Shown here piece after piece: positions 45,291 to 56,217 of a DNA stretch of 64,000 nucleotides (position 1 is the first letter of the stretch; every line of letters starts with the position of its first letter). The DNA lies in NCBI GenBank assembly GCA_000091205.1, contig AP006491.2; one strand, 5' to 3'. The DNA comes from Cyanidioschyzon merolae. Taxonomy: Eukaryota. The translations under genes were made by a program, and so were the position numbers. The notes beneath the pieces were generated by a model. That model had not been told where the DNA came from and did not search any database. It saw nothing but the letters and a program-made list of their open reading frames with translations.

Positions 45291-45619
45291 CTGATGCTGC
45301 TGCTGCTGCTGCTGCTGATGCTGCTGCTGATGCTGATGATGCTTTCGGAGGTGGCGCTCATTGCCGCCTCCGCTTTGCGATTTAGCCGATCTCCCGTGCA
45401 AGGTGGCGCTGCTGCTGCTGATGATGCTGCTGCTGCTGATGATGATGCTGAAGATGCTTTCGGAGGTGGCGCTCATTGCAGCCTCCGCTTTGCGATTTAG
45501 CCGATCTCCCGTGCAAGGTGGCGCTGCTGCAGCAGCTGCTGCTGATGATGATGCTTTCGGAGGTGGCGCTCATTGCCGCCTCCGCTTTGCGATTTAGCCG
45601 ATCTCCCGTGCAAGGTGGC

Positions 45620-45650
<31 letters not shown>

Positions 45651-45719
45651 ATGCTTTCGGAGGTGGCGCTCATTGCCGCCTCCGCTTTGCGATTTAGCCG
45701 ATCTCCCGTGCAAGGTGGC

Positions 45720-45750
<31 letters not shown>

Positions 45751-45755
45751 ATGCT
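45291..45755. repeat. Minisatellite. It has four tandem units of about 97-115 bp, each ending in a (GCT)n(GAT)n microsatellite core, preceded by a (GCT/GATGCT)n tract.
   Basis: Units begin with gctttcggaggtggcgctcattgccgcctccgctttgcgatttagccgatctcccgtgcaaggtggcgctgctgctg... at 45341, 45456, 45553 and 45653. It is intergenic, between the isoamylase and PheRS genes. Confidence 0.85.
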
Positions 45756-46976
45756 ACGTTCGATGTTCGTTCTAATTCTAATATGTCGCTGCAGGGTAGG
45801 CGTACGTTCATGGAGCGAAGCGATGCAGGCTAGTAATAAGGATCGTGTACTGGATATCTTGGAGTTTGTACGCTGGTGTTGAAACTTGTACGTGACTTTC
45901 ATTGTTGTTCTCTATGAGAGTAACTGCGAGGCGATCTGATGGCATTCGATACGGCAATGCAGCTGTTCCTGGATGAAAAGCAGTTCCGCTGGTATCTCGC
46001 TCGATAGCACTGGCGGATCAGATGCGTCCTCGTAAGCGCGTCACGGGATACGTCCACGCGCTGCTTCTTTCATTGGTACGGGGAAACGCCTGGGTTCTCT
46101 CACGCCTTGGTTTCTTCTATGATAAAACGAGCGCTTTCGTTTCTACGACGCTTTGCACGCACTTATCACTGGACTGCACGGCCCGTACCCTCTGCGCGTC
46201 CAAGCTCGACACTGTAACGTATCCAAGACGCAGTACGGATGGTGCACACTGCCCGTGCTAGTGCGTCCCTATTGCAAAGCGTCGGGGCAGATGGCTGCCC
46301 AGCGGCCTGGCAGCGGGCCGCAAGCGTACGCTTTCCTCCTGGAAGACTCGGGGATGTTGTATCACGAACGAGCGCCCCAGAGCTGCCTCCATTCCCAGAC
46401 ACCGACTAGTGTGGTATCGAAAACGTTCTCTTCCAGTGGTTTTCTTCGCCGCTGTCGTGCGGATTGCCAACACAGTGGTTCACGAGAAGGAGCACGCCTT
46501 CTGCCGGGTGCCGAACCCCGAGCACGCTGCCGTGCGCAGCATCGTTCCGTGTGGATGCAACCATACCGGAGACTGCTAGCACGCATCGACTACTGTTCAT
46601 GAGGCGCTGTCTAGGAAGATGCCATTGATAAGGCGCACAAAACAGGAATTCGCATGGCGCTCGCGACACTCTCCTGTGTTCTGCAGACTTGAGCCCAGCG
46701 CATGTCCAGTACGTTTCCGCTGCATATGGAGCGCACTGCAGCCATCAGGCGTCAGTTGCGATGCCGTGCAGGACGCTTGTACAGGATAAATGCAATTGAG
46801 GCTCAACCATGGCGTGTATTTGAAAACATAATCAGGAGGCAACGACGTTGACATCTGTGTGCAAGAGCCCCCAGGGTAAGGCTCAGTTCCGGCATTGGCG
46901 GCCCCGGGGCACGGCGGACAATGGCCGTACGCATTCGGTTTGGAGTGTTTTACTGGTAAAGGTGCTGGGGTGACTG

Positions 46977-47176
46977 CTTTAGACTTGCTGGACACCCGGT
47001 ACAGAGCCTATTGGAAAAGCCGTGCTTTCTAACGTTTGTCAGCTTGATCAATCGTTGGGAAGCGCTGCTTCACCTGCCTTAGACTTGCTGGACATCCGGT
47101 ACGGAGTCCTTTGGGAAGCCGTGCTTTCTACCGTTTGTCAGCTTGATCACTTGTCGGCAAGCGCTGGTTCAACTCC
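46977..47176. repeat. Tandem duplication, two units of about 100 bp, immediately upstream of the PheRS-alpha gene
   Basis: Compare cttagacttgctggacacccggtacagagcctattggaaaagccgtgctttctaacgtttgtcagcttgatcaatcgttgggaagcgctgcttcacctgc with cttagacttgctggacatccggtacggagtcctttgggaagccgtgctttctaccgtttgtcagcttgatcacttgtcggcaagcgctggttcaactccc. Confidence 0.8.
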
Positions 47177-47275
47177 CTGAGACTCACTCCGCAACGGAAC
47201 AGGCCTTTGTGCACAACCCAGACTTCCAGGATTCCGCAGTGTGAACAAGCAACGTCGGGTTCAGCAGCGCTCAAA

Positions 47276-48898
47276 ATGGAGCAGGTCGAGCTTGAGCACG
47301 CCATTGTCGAGGAGATCAGATCAGCTGGGAAGGTTGCAAACTCGAGAGCGTTCGCCGAAAGACTCAAGGTGAACCATGAGGAGCTGGTCGCCGCGCTAAA
47401 CTCCATGTATCGTCGCGATCTGGTTACACTGACGCAGCTGGAGCCTGAGGTAGTGCTCAGACTCACTGCGGAAGGTGCGCTCTACGCCCAGCACGGCACA
47501 CCAGAGTGGTGTCTTCGCGAAGCGCTCGAGCGCCGAGGTCCAACGCCAGTGTCCGAACTCGACACCTTGCTGGAAGAGTTCTGGAGACAAACTAGTCCGA
47601 ATAATGCCTTGGATAGCTCCAAGCTGGCCAAGATCGGAATGCAACAGGGTCTCAAGCTGGGTCTCTTTGAGCTTGACAAGCGCGTCCGACCTCCGTGCGT
47701 GGCCTGTGTGGGCTCCTCCGATTCCGAGGCTGTACACAAGCTGCAAATGCTCCAGAAAAGCCTACGGGCGCTCCATAGCGGCGCACTGACCGCGCTTTCC
47801 GGGGATCATGCGCTGGATGCTGCTCTGGTGGATGAGATCTTGCGAAGGAACCTGGCGACCCGAAACAAGCTGAAGGTGTTCGCGGCATCCGCGGGACCCC
47901 GCTTCGAACATGCCCTTGTAGAGCAGTTGGCGGATCTGACTCGCGAGATGCTCCTATCAGAGTCGTGGAGAAATGCGACGTTCAAGGAGTTCAACTTCGA
48001 GGCGGCGGGCGTGGCGCCCGTGGACGGCGGCCGACTTCACCCTCTGCTCAAAGTGCGCGAGGAGTTCCGCCTTATCTTCTTGGAAATGGGCTTTACGGAA
48101 ATGCCGAGCAATCAGTATGTGGAATCTTCGTTCTGGAATTTTGATGCCTTGTTTCAGCCGCAACAGCATCCCGCACGCGACGCCCACGACACGTTCTTCC
48201 TGAATGAGCCGGCGCTCTGCAAGCGCATCGGCGATGCGTCCCCTGCGACAGAAGCCTACGTGGAACGCGTTCGAGGCGTGCACGACCAGGGTGGCTACGG
48301 GTCCCGCGGCTACGGCTATGCCTGGGATCATACCGAAGCGATGCGTAATGTTCTGCGGACGCACACGACTGCAATATCAGCCCGGATGCTGTACCGAATG
48401 GCCCGGGAGTTGCAGGATGGGAGGACAGATGCGTCGAACTTTGCACGGCGAATGTTCTCCATCGATCGGGTTTTCAGAAATGAAACCCTGGATGCCACCC
48501 ACCTGTGTGAGTTCCATCAGGTCGAGGGTTGGGTCGCGGGGCCAGACCTCTCTCTTGCGGATTTGAAAGGAATAATCTCTCAATTTTTCCGACGAATCGG
48601 CATGCACCGACTGCGCTTCAAGCCGACGTACAATCCCTACACCGAGCCTTCTATGGAGATCTACGCGTATCATGAAGCTCTGGGACGTTGGGTTGAGATC
48701 GGAAACAGCGGAATTTTCCGACCGGAGATGCTTCAGCCGATGGGATTACCCCCGAATATTCAGGTCATTGCCTGGGGCCTGTCGCTCGAACGTCCAACCA
48801 TGATCCTCTATGGACTCAGCAACATTCGCGACCTATTTGGTCACCGTGTATCCCTGCAGACCATTCGCGACAACCCCATCTGTCGCCTCGGGTGGTGA
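47276..48898 (+). CDS. FARSA: Phenylalanine--tRNA ligase alpha subunit, cytoplasmic type
   Basis: The class II aaRS core reads FQPQQHPARDAHDTFFL, FRPTYNPYTEPSMEIYAYH, WVEIGNSGIFRPEML, SLERPTMILYGL. The ORF extends upstream to 47207, but MEQVELEH at 47276 is the more likely start. Confidence 0.88.
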   Translation: MEQVELEHAIVEEIRSAGKVANSRAFAERLKVNHEELVAALNSMYRRDLVTLTQLEPEVVLRLTAEGALYAQHGTPEWCLREALERRGPTPVSELDTLLEEFWRQTSPNNALDSSKLAKIGMQQGLKLGLFELDKRVRPPCVACVGSSDSEAVHKLQMLQKSLRALHSGALTALSGDHALDAALVDEILRRNLATRNKLKVFAASAGPRFEHALVEQLADLTREMLLSESWRNATFKEFNFEAAGVAPVDGGRLHPLLKVREEFRLIFLEMGFTEMPSNQYVESSFWNFDALFQPQQHPARDAHDTFFLNEPALCKRIGDASPATEAYVERVRGVHDQGGYGSRGYGYAWDHTEAMRNVLRTHTTAISARMLYRMARELQDGRTDASNFARRMFSIDRVFRNETLDATHLCEFHQVEGWVAGPDLSLADLKGIISQFFRRIGMHRLRFKPTYNPYTEPSMEIYAYHEALGRWVEIGNSGIFRPEMLQPMGLPPNIQVIAWGLSLERPTMILYGLSNIRDLFGHRVSLQTIRDNPICRLGW

Positions 48899-49689
48899 CG
48901 CACTAGTGCACGCCCGAAAATCGTCTTTGCCGATCCTCTGTCTCGGCTGGCAGCGCAAGTGCTCGCTCTGAAGCTGTAGAGACAGCGCGGTGCGAACACT
49001 TGATATGGGAGCTCCAGATCGACTTCGCTTTTACCAGACGCATATGAAAATGGAAACGATGTACGAGTGCTTCACTGCGTCAGACGATGATCTCCGGCAT
49101 GCATGCTTCCTGATCCCATGCGCCCTGTCGAGAAGCTATCCAATGCTTCGATCATCCAGCGATGCATCCGCCTGGGCTGCATAACGCGATATCCCAGACG
49201 ATGTGGAGGCCGCGCGCGGGCGCTCGGCCAGCGTCAACACCGCACCTGTCGCGCAGCCCAGGATCGCCTGCGCGGGGCACCAGCAGCGCTGGTTACAAGT
49301 CTTGCGCACGGAAACCATGCGGTGCGCACTGGAACGTCCACGCACGCGTGACGTTCGCTGGGTGCTCGCATCACACGCCCAGCGTATTCGGAAACCCTGC
49401 AGCGCTCTGCTCACGCGTCATGAAAATACCTCCCGTCGTTCCTGTATTTCAGACCCGAGAACCTTCTCGCGGAGCTGTTCCTGCGCTTGAACCTGCAGCA
49501 GCAATCGCCTCTTCGCCAGAGGCGCACGGTTCGTACTTCAACGACGCCAACAAAAAACCAGTCGCTTGCTCCAACTCACGCCCGCCTAGCGTCCACGAAA
49601 AGTAACGCGCAAACGCTCCTGTACTTGCGTTCAGCGCCTCATAGAAAGCTGCATGCGTCGGCGCTGTCCGTTCGCGCACGCGTGATCGA

Positions 49690-50360
49690 TTTTTTTTCAT
49701 GGACAAAACGTTAACTTAGGGCAGCGTACTCCGATTATGCGCATTTTTCTTTTGTTACTTTTTTTTTTTGTGTTTTTTCAGTGCGAGGTGAGGTATTCAT
49801 CAACCGCCTACCTTCATGTTACATTACCTATACTTCGTCTCGGATATTCTGGTCGTTTCATACGTCCTATCGTGTGCCTAGTGCCTGGCGAAAGCGACAG
49901 CAATAGCGCCTATAGCGCCGGTGCGGTCGCTGCACGGAGACAGAACGGCGTTGCCGTACCACAAAGGGCGTCGGCTCGAGGCGTGGTTCACTCGACGTAG
50001 AATCGGGTCTCGTCGTCAGTTTGTGCTCGGAGAGTCTGCGGATGCAGGCTTGTCTTCGTTGCACGACACGCTGGAGAAACTTGGCTGTTAGGATGAATCC
50101 TGGGAGCCGCCTCTCTCCTTCGTGATCATGCATGGAATGCGTTGTTGTCGGTTGGCAAGGCGGATTTGTGCTTGACACCCACCAGTGGGTAGGCGCAGAA
50201 AGCAGTGGGCCCGTGTGCGCACCCGATTCGCTGGACCTTCCGCCTAGAAGGTAGCGTGTGAGTTTGTTCGCCACTAATGAGCGCTGAGGCTCGGTTAGCG
50301 GACCATCAGTTACCAGTGCTACACTCAGAGTGAGTGTCCGGCCTTCGGCTACCACGCTGA
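49690..50360 (-). repeat. R2 dispersed repeat, full copy 2 (inverted relative to copy 1). It contains a 5S-rRNA-like segment at about 49925-50050 on the plus strand.
   Basis: It is the reverse complement of 7000-7700. The A-rich tract and the gaaaagaaaaatgcgcat...cggag.acgc core are shared with the partial copies at 13068 and 19109. The block ggagacagaacggcgttGCCgTACCACaaaGGgCGtCgGcTC...GGGTCTCGTCgTcAgtTtgtgCTCGGAgAG...ctGcgGatGCaGGCTTgtc resembles 5S rRNA loosely. Confidence 0.6.
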
Positions 50361-50863
50361 TGCCCAGCTGCTGCTGTCCTTCAAGGAGCTCGCTGCGCTC
50401 CTGCTTCCAGCGCGGGCACTGTAAGCCAAAAATATGTCAGCGTCTCGGGGATCTCATCCCCACTCGCGTGATCGATGCAGGCGCACACCTTGCACGCATG
50501 CGCTGGAGACACGTGTACGCACGGAGGCGCTGTGCGGGGCGCTGCACGCCCAACGCCATCTGCGTGCGGGCGAGATCGCAGCTGCCACGTGGCATTTGCG
50601 CATCAGTGCTGCTGATGCCGATACCTGCTTCCGTGCGCCACCGGGGAACCTCGCCGAGCAGCGTGATCGGCCACACTGCCGCCGTGTGCGTATGAATGCG
50701 TGTGCGTGTGTGTGTGTGTTCATTTCGCAACCCGTTTGTTGCGTGTGCATTGTTGACGAACTGCGCATTTGCCTATCGCCTAGTGAAAGGGGCGTTTACG
50801 AGAGCACTGCAGGGTTTCGCGGGTGACACTCTTGTTGTTTTACGTAAAAGGCGTTATTTTCCA

Positions 50864-51145
50864 ATGCTGTCGTTCGTTTCTGCGTTGTGGTGGCATGCGC
50901 GACACGGTGTGGATATGCCGGGGTTCTTGCCCGGAGTGCGCTGCGGCCTCTCGTCTGGGCTTGTTCGGAACCGAATGATATGGTCGGCTGCCACAGCGGC
51001 CAAGGGTGGGAAACCCAAAGAGGCTAGTCGCGAGCAGGCGAAGCGCCCCGAACGCAAGGACGACGACAGGGGCTTTCAAAAGGGTGGCGGCGGTGGTGGC
51101 GGTGGTGGTAACGGCAGCGGCAAACCTACCAAGCGCGACAAGTAA
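50864..51145 (+). CDS. Hypothetical small protein (93 aa) with a basic, Gly-rich C-terminal region
   Basis: MLSFVSALWWHARHG...AAKGGKPKEASREQAKRPERKDDDRGFQKGGGGGGGGGNGSGKPTKRDK. I recognised no family, and it could be a spurious ORF. Confidence 0.2.
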   Translation: MLSFVSALWWHARHGVDMPGFLPGVRCGLSSGLVRNRMIWSAATAAKGGKPKEASREQAKRPERKDDDRGFQKGGGGGGGGGNGSGKPTKRDK

Positions 51146-51556
51146 TGTGGAAATAGCGGCGTTTAGCGGTGGCAAGACGGCGTGCAAGCGTTCGGAGGAG
51201 CGTCATGGAAGCCTGTATGCGGGTGGCGTGCAGCTAGGTTTCCGGTCAGAGAGCGTTACGTAAACGAGAACTGGTCTTCGTGACATCGTTTGCTGCATCA
51301 TTCGCCATTTGGACGTCCAGAACAGCGCTTTCGAGCTCGCATATGCCGTGTTTTTTCTCTCTCTCAGTCGCGTTGGTATGTCAGCAATGCGAAACGATTG
51401 CGAGAGCGGAACCGGAAAACGCGTATCCTCGCATACACGGCTGGACGTTGTGCAGCCACGAGGCGGCAAGTCGCCAGGCACCTCAGTTCCCTGCATCGCT
51501 GGCGCGATACTCCTTACCTAAAGGTAGCCGCGCTCGGGTTGTCCGCCGCATTTTCC

Positions 51557-52966
51557 TCATACAGATTCGGTCTGGCATTGTCGGCTTTCTGGGATCCGCT
51601 CTAGCGCCAGAACCTCCTCTTCGTGCTCTTGGAGCCAATGCTCTGCATCCATTGCAGCCATACAACCGCTACCCGCTGCAGTAACCGCTTGGCGGTACCG
51701 TTTGTCCTGCACATCGCCCGCTGCAAAAACGCCGTCCACGCTCGTTTGTGTCGTTCCTGGTTTCGTAATGATGTAGCCTTGATCGTCAAGAAGCAACTGC
51801 CCTTTCAGGAATGCAGTCGCCGGCACATGGCCAATGGCAAAAAATAGACCACCAACCTCGAGTTCGTGCTTTTGATCATCCTTCGTGGACTGAAGCGTTA
51901 TTCGACGCAACAGGGTGTCTCCATGCGCAGCCACAACGATCGAATTCCACAGGAACTCAATTTTCTGGTTCTCAAATGCTCGCTTCTGCATGATCTTCGA
52001 CGCACGGAGCGTATCGCGGCGATGGATAACGTACACTCGACTCGCATAGCGCGTGAGAAAGAGCGCCTCTTCCAATGCAGTATCACCACCACCGACTACA
52101 GCGATCGGCTTACCTCGAAAGATAGGTGCGGCGCCGTCACAAACCGCACAAGCAGAGATACCGCGCTGCCAGAAGCCACCCTCACCACTGCCAGCACCAG
52201 GAAAGTCCATGCGTTTCGCCACCGCACCAGTGGCGATGATCACGCTTGCAGCTAGGACCACGTGCTGACTGCTGTATATTCGGAAGGGGCGGCTCTGGAG
52301 ATCCACGCTTTCAACAGTTTCCGTCAGGATCTTCGTCCCATGCACCTGAGACTGTTTTCGAAACCGATCCATCAGCTCGAAGCCGCTGATTCCCTCTGGG
52401 AAGCCCGGATAGTTTTCGACGTCAGTCGTTGTCGTAAGTTGCCCTCCGGCTGCGATCCCGTTTGCAAGCATGCCTTCGAACATGATTGGTCTCAGTTGCG
52501 CGCGAGCTGCATAAATTGCAGCAGTGTGCCCCGCGGGACCCGAACCGATGACGCACAACGGCGTTACCAGCGGTACTGCGGAGCCGTTTGCAAGAGACCC
52601 GTTCCGCGCGCCTTGCTCGTCGCTCATGTGTGCGTTTGGTCGCCTGAAAACACGAATCCCCAAGTAACTGTTATTTCCAGGATGTATGCTTGTCCAAGTC
52701 AAGCTCCCAAAGCGCCTGAGCAGCAACGTTTCGGAATAGTGTACGGTTTCACGCACTCCGCTCTGGATACACCAGTAAAGAAGCTGGTAACGCGGGAATC
52801 CCATGGGGTGATCAGTAAGCGCGCGACGGCGGACGGAGGCGCGCTCGATCGGCACCGCCACGTTCACGAACGAGTGGCTTGCAGCAGCGCCTCCACTACG
52901 GGGAGGTCGCGGAGCTTGTCGGCCCTTGAGCCCAGTCTTTACCAAGGACAGGTACCGATCGTTCAC
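51557..52966 (-). CDS. NADPH-dependent thioredoxin reductase (low-molecular-weight TrxB type) with a possible N-terminal extension of about 113 aa
   Basis: [18 protein letters not shown] (FAD), the redox-active CAVCDG, and [37 protein letters not shown] (NADPH) are present. An alternative start MSDEQ at 52627 gives a canonical protein of about 357 aa. The upstream 113 aa are Arg-rich and may be a targeting peptide or may not be translated. Confidence 0.85.
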   Translation of the reverse strand: MNDRYLSLVKTGLKGRQAPRPPRSGGAAASHSFVNVAVPIERASVRRRALTDHPMGFPRYQLLYWCIQSGVRETVHYSETLLLRRFGSLTWTSIHPGNNSYLGIRVFRRPNAHMSDEQGARNGSLANGSAVPLVTPLCVIGSGPAGHTAAIYAARAQLRPIMFEGMLANGIAAGGQLTTTTDVENYPGFPEGISGFELMDRFRKQSQVHGTKILTETVESVDLQSRPFRIYSSQHVVLAASVIIATGAVAKRMDFPGAGSGEGGFWQRGISACAVCDGAAPIFRGKPIAVVGGGDTALEEALFLTRYASRVYVIHRRDTLRASKIMQKRAFENQKIEFLWNSIVVAAHGDTLLRRITLQSTKDDQKHELEVGGLFFAIGHVPATAFLKGQLLLDDQGYIITKPGTTQTSVDGVFAAGDVQDKRYRQAVTAAGSGCMAAMDAEHWLQEHEEEVLALERIPESRQCQTESV

Positions 52967-54351
52967 AGCTTAGATCCAGTGGGATGTTGCTTGGTGATGA
53001 ACGTAGGGTTCTCTGGGATGGAAACGACAGCAGATAACCTCGCCGCAGCTGGGAGCGGGGTGCGCTGCGCTTCAGCTCTTCCACAGCTCCCGCTCATGAG
53101 CGTTTATTGCGTGGTGCATTCGGTTCTATCGTGAAGCGATCGTGACAGCTCAGTAGCGCGATCCTGTGCATGCTTTGTGTGAGTCTAAGTTTCCACGTCC
53201 TGAGCGTGCTCAGCGCGTTGATATCGACGTTTTGGCAGATGTCGGCATTCGATAACGTCGGAATCTCCTCGCACGCCCAATTGTAGCGTGTTCTGCTGCC
53301 TGCACTGCATATATCGGCATTGGATGGACGTGGTGCGTTCATGATGCGGGACATTCCATCTACCTAGTGACGGTGGTTGCGCTCAGGCAGCGCGGGTGTG
53401 TTGCTCCGACAGCTTTCAGAAACGGCACTAGTGTAACTCGGGTTGTAAAGCATGCCGAGGAACCACAGGGCTCTGTAACGCCGAAGACTATGGAGTCAAC
53501 CCTGAAAGTGCTCGCCTCCTCCCGCCAAAGAGCTCTGTCCACAGGTGTACCACAACGGTTGCCACCAGCGCTGGCGAGCACGTCTCGACTCGAACACGAA
53601 GCTGCCCAGCACAGCGTACGGCCCAGTGTGTGCCGCACTCCCTCTCTGCCTGAACCGAAGTGTTCCGTACACCCTAGGCGAGACAAGATTAGGTGAAAAA
53701 CCTTCCAGTTTGCGCATCCAGCGGAGGCAGCAGCTACTCAAGTCGTCCACACCTCCGCTCCATGACGGCTCGCGGGCCCAACGGGCAAACAGTTGCTACG
53801 CGCTCTTCACACGTTGCAGCTGCAGGCCCTGCGCATTGAACCAGACTGCCCCAGTTACGCAAATACCCCTATTACCTAAACACCTACATCATCCAGGTTC
53901 GTTTCATGGTACATGATCAGTGTATCCAACGTAGCTATCGCAGCAGCATCACGTTGGATTATCGATAGCAAAGGCGGCTTGCCAATGCGCTCCTGCCGCC
54001 TCCAGAAGCGGCGATATCGCGTGATGGCATCGCTGCTGGGCGCGCCGCCAAGGATGGCTGTTTCGTGATTCGCTACGCGTAGCGAACAGGGTTGCTCGGT
54101 GAAGTGATTCACTGCTAGGAGCGTTACTCGACGCTCTTCCCGTGCTAAAGACGATAGCTGGCTGAGAAAGGGGCTCCACTGAGGCAGCATTCGACACTTG
54201 TGTTCTTGAGGGGCGCCGTTCCCGATCGAGCGGGAACGTTACCGCAGGTGCTGCTGGTTTCTTCAGTTGCTGTTCGAGGCCTGCACGGGGGTTCTGTTAC
54301 TGCGCCTCTCGGACGCGGTTCAGAGCAAGCACATAGAGCGCTTGCAACGTC

Positions 54352-55590
54352 TTGTGCCTGTTTTTGATCATGTTTAGCTGCTTGACGTCTGTAGCTCAGG
54401 GGAACGGGCGGCTTCAGCGCACCTCTAAACAAGTGCCGCTGGTCGCGCGCCGGGAGAGGCGCCACCGACTGGCGGTTCGCACGCTCCGTCCTGCCTTGGA
54501 GAGCTCCCTCTCTCGTTTCACGGAGCAGGAGCAAGCGTTTCCCACACTAAAGGCGGACGCGAAACCCAAGACGGCTTCAAACTCACGGACAGCAGGCGTT
54601 CCAAACCGGTTGAAGGAGGAGGAAGGCGCTTGTTTCGTAGAGTTTCTCCGGAGAGCGGTTGAGGACTGCCGAAGGAACGTGCAGGCCGGAGGGCACGGCA
54701 CCGAGGACCTCGTGTGGGAGCGCGTTCGCCTTGAGGCAGAAGCTGCGGCGCGCGAGGAGCAGCTCCTTGCATCCTTTCTTTACGCAACTGTCCTGAACCA
54801 CGACACACTGGAGGCGTGTCTTGCCTTCCACCTGGCCAATAAGCTCGCGTCAACGACGCTGCCCAGTACCATGCTGAACGAAATCATTCGAGAAGCGCTG
54901 GAGAAAGCACCGGAGGCGCGTTACGCCATTCGACTGGACTTGTTGGCGGTGGCGGATCGAGATCCGGCGTGTACGCGAGTGATCGATGCGTTGCTTTTCT
55001 TTAAGGGCTTCCACGCCTTGCAAACGCATCGAGTTGCACATTGGCTGTGGAGCCAGAACCGCCAGGCCCTTGCAATGTACCTCCACAGCCAAGTCTGCAA
55101 GGTGCTACAAATCGACATCCACCCCGCAGCAAGAATCGGCTATGGTGTATTTATAGACCACGGAACCGGAGTGGTTATCGGCGAGACCGCGCGAGTCGGA
55201 AATAACGTCAGTCTGCTTCATCACGTGACTCTGGGTGGCACTGGTACCAAGCTCGGGGATCGACACCCAAGGATCGAGGATTGTGTTCTGATCGGGGCCG
55301 GTGCAACGATTCTGGGGAACATCACCGTCGGCTATGGCGCTATGGTCGGTGCGTGCACCGTGCTCACGAGCGACCTGCCGCCGCACTCGACGGCAGTAGG
55401 TGTTCCTGCGCGAGTTATTGGTGCTCCGCGCACGAAAGCGCCAGCTTTTGACATGGACCAAGACCCGACACACTGTCGCAAGCGACGAACAGCAGTAGAG
55501 CACCCGGATGGCAGCAGCCATTCGCTGCCAGAGACGGGCACCGTAGATGTTACTTCGACGTCGACGAATGGCCATGCGCTGGACAGCTAA
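54352..55590 (+). CDS. Serine O-acetyltransferase (SAT/CysE family)
   Basis: A SATase N-terminal helical domain is followed by left-handed beta-helix hexapeptide repeats: IHPAARIGYGVFIDHGTGVVIGETARVGNNVSLLHHVTLGGTG, DRHPRIEDCVLIGAGATILGNITVGYGAMVGACTVLTSDLPPHSTAVGVPARVIG. Confidence 0.85.
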   Translation: MCLFLIMFSCLTSVAQGNGRLQRTSKQVPLVARRERRHRLAVRTLRPALESSLSRFTEQEQAFPTLKADAKPKTASNSRTAGVPNRLKEEEGACFVEFLRRAVEDCRRNVQAGGHGTEDLVWERVRLEAEAAAREEQLLASFLYATVLNHDTLEACLAFHLANKLASTTLPSTMLNEIIREALEKAPEARYAIRLDLLAVADRDPACTRVIDALLFFKGFHALQTHRVAHWLWSQNRQALAMYLHSQVCKVLQIDIHPAARIGYGVFIDHGTGVVIGETARVGNNVSLLHHVTLGGTGTKLGDRHPRIEDCVLIGAGATILGNITVGYGAMVGACTVLTSDLPPHSTAVGVPARVIGAPRTKAPAFDMDQDPTHCRKRRTAVEHPDGSSHSLPETGTVDVTSTSTNGHALDS

Positions 55591-56217
55591 GTAGCTTTCG
55601 GAGCTGGACGCCCTCGACCCGCGTTTTTGTACACTAAGCATGACGTGGATCATTTCATGTACAGGTAAAGGATGCATGCAGGTTCGTCAGATAACGCGAG
55701 CACATACGTTGTCATGGAGTTAGAGGACACGATATGCGGTCGGCGTTTCAACGAGCGCGCGAGCGGGACTCTTCGGGAAACGATTCGCACGCGAGCCTTT
55801 ATCCTTGGTGCTCAGAGCATCTCAAAACGCCTCTGGAGCGCTGCGATACCCAGGTGGTGGTCATGTGAAGTGTATTTCCTGTTGATGACACGTTTCATCT
55901 GCTGGATGCGAGAGGTGCCGGCTCACAGCGGAGGCTTCTTGCCCTCTGACGACCTTGCGGTAAACGGTTCGAATTTGGAGACCCGGTTTCATCGACCGCA
56001 CCTCTGGCTAGTGGCGGAACTCGGAGTTCCGGTGCGGCAGCAAGATGGACGCTCAATCGAACGCGGATAACCACTGCACAATCGGAGATGCCCTGTTCGT
56101 GCGTAAACGATCCTACACCGCAGCAAAAATTCGATGACGTCTCGGGCGGTAGTGCTTGGATTCTGGATACCCAGGCTAACGCTTGTAAGCTCAGCGCGCA
56201 ACAGCGGCAGCGGTACT

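Noticed and set aside
45291-45755. The regular array of about 100-bp repeats could be read as a CRISPR array
   Set aside because: The context is eukaryotic nuclear DNA. The units are full-length near-identical repeats with microsatellite cores and no unique spacers, and no cas genes are present. It is a minisatellite.
54378-54400. The tRNA-like D-arm string tagctcaggggaacgggcgg
   Set aside because: It lies inside the serine acetyltransferase CDS and has no matching T-arm (GGTTCGA-type) or acceptor pairing. No convincing tRNA, snRNA or spliced-leader RNA genes were found by eye anywhere in the window.
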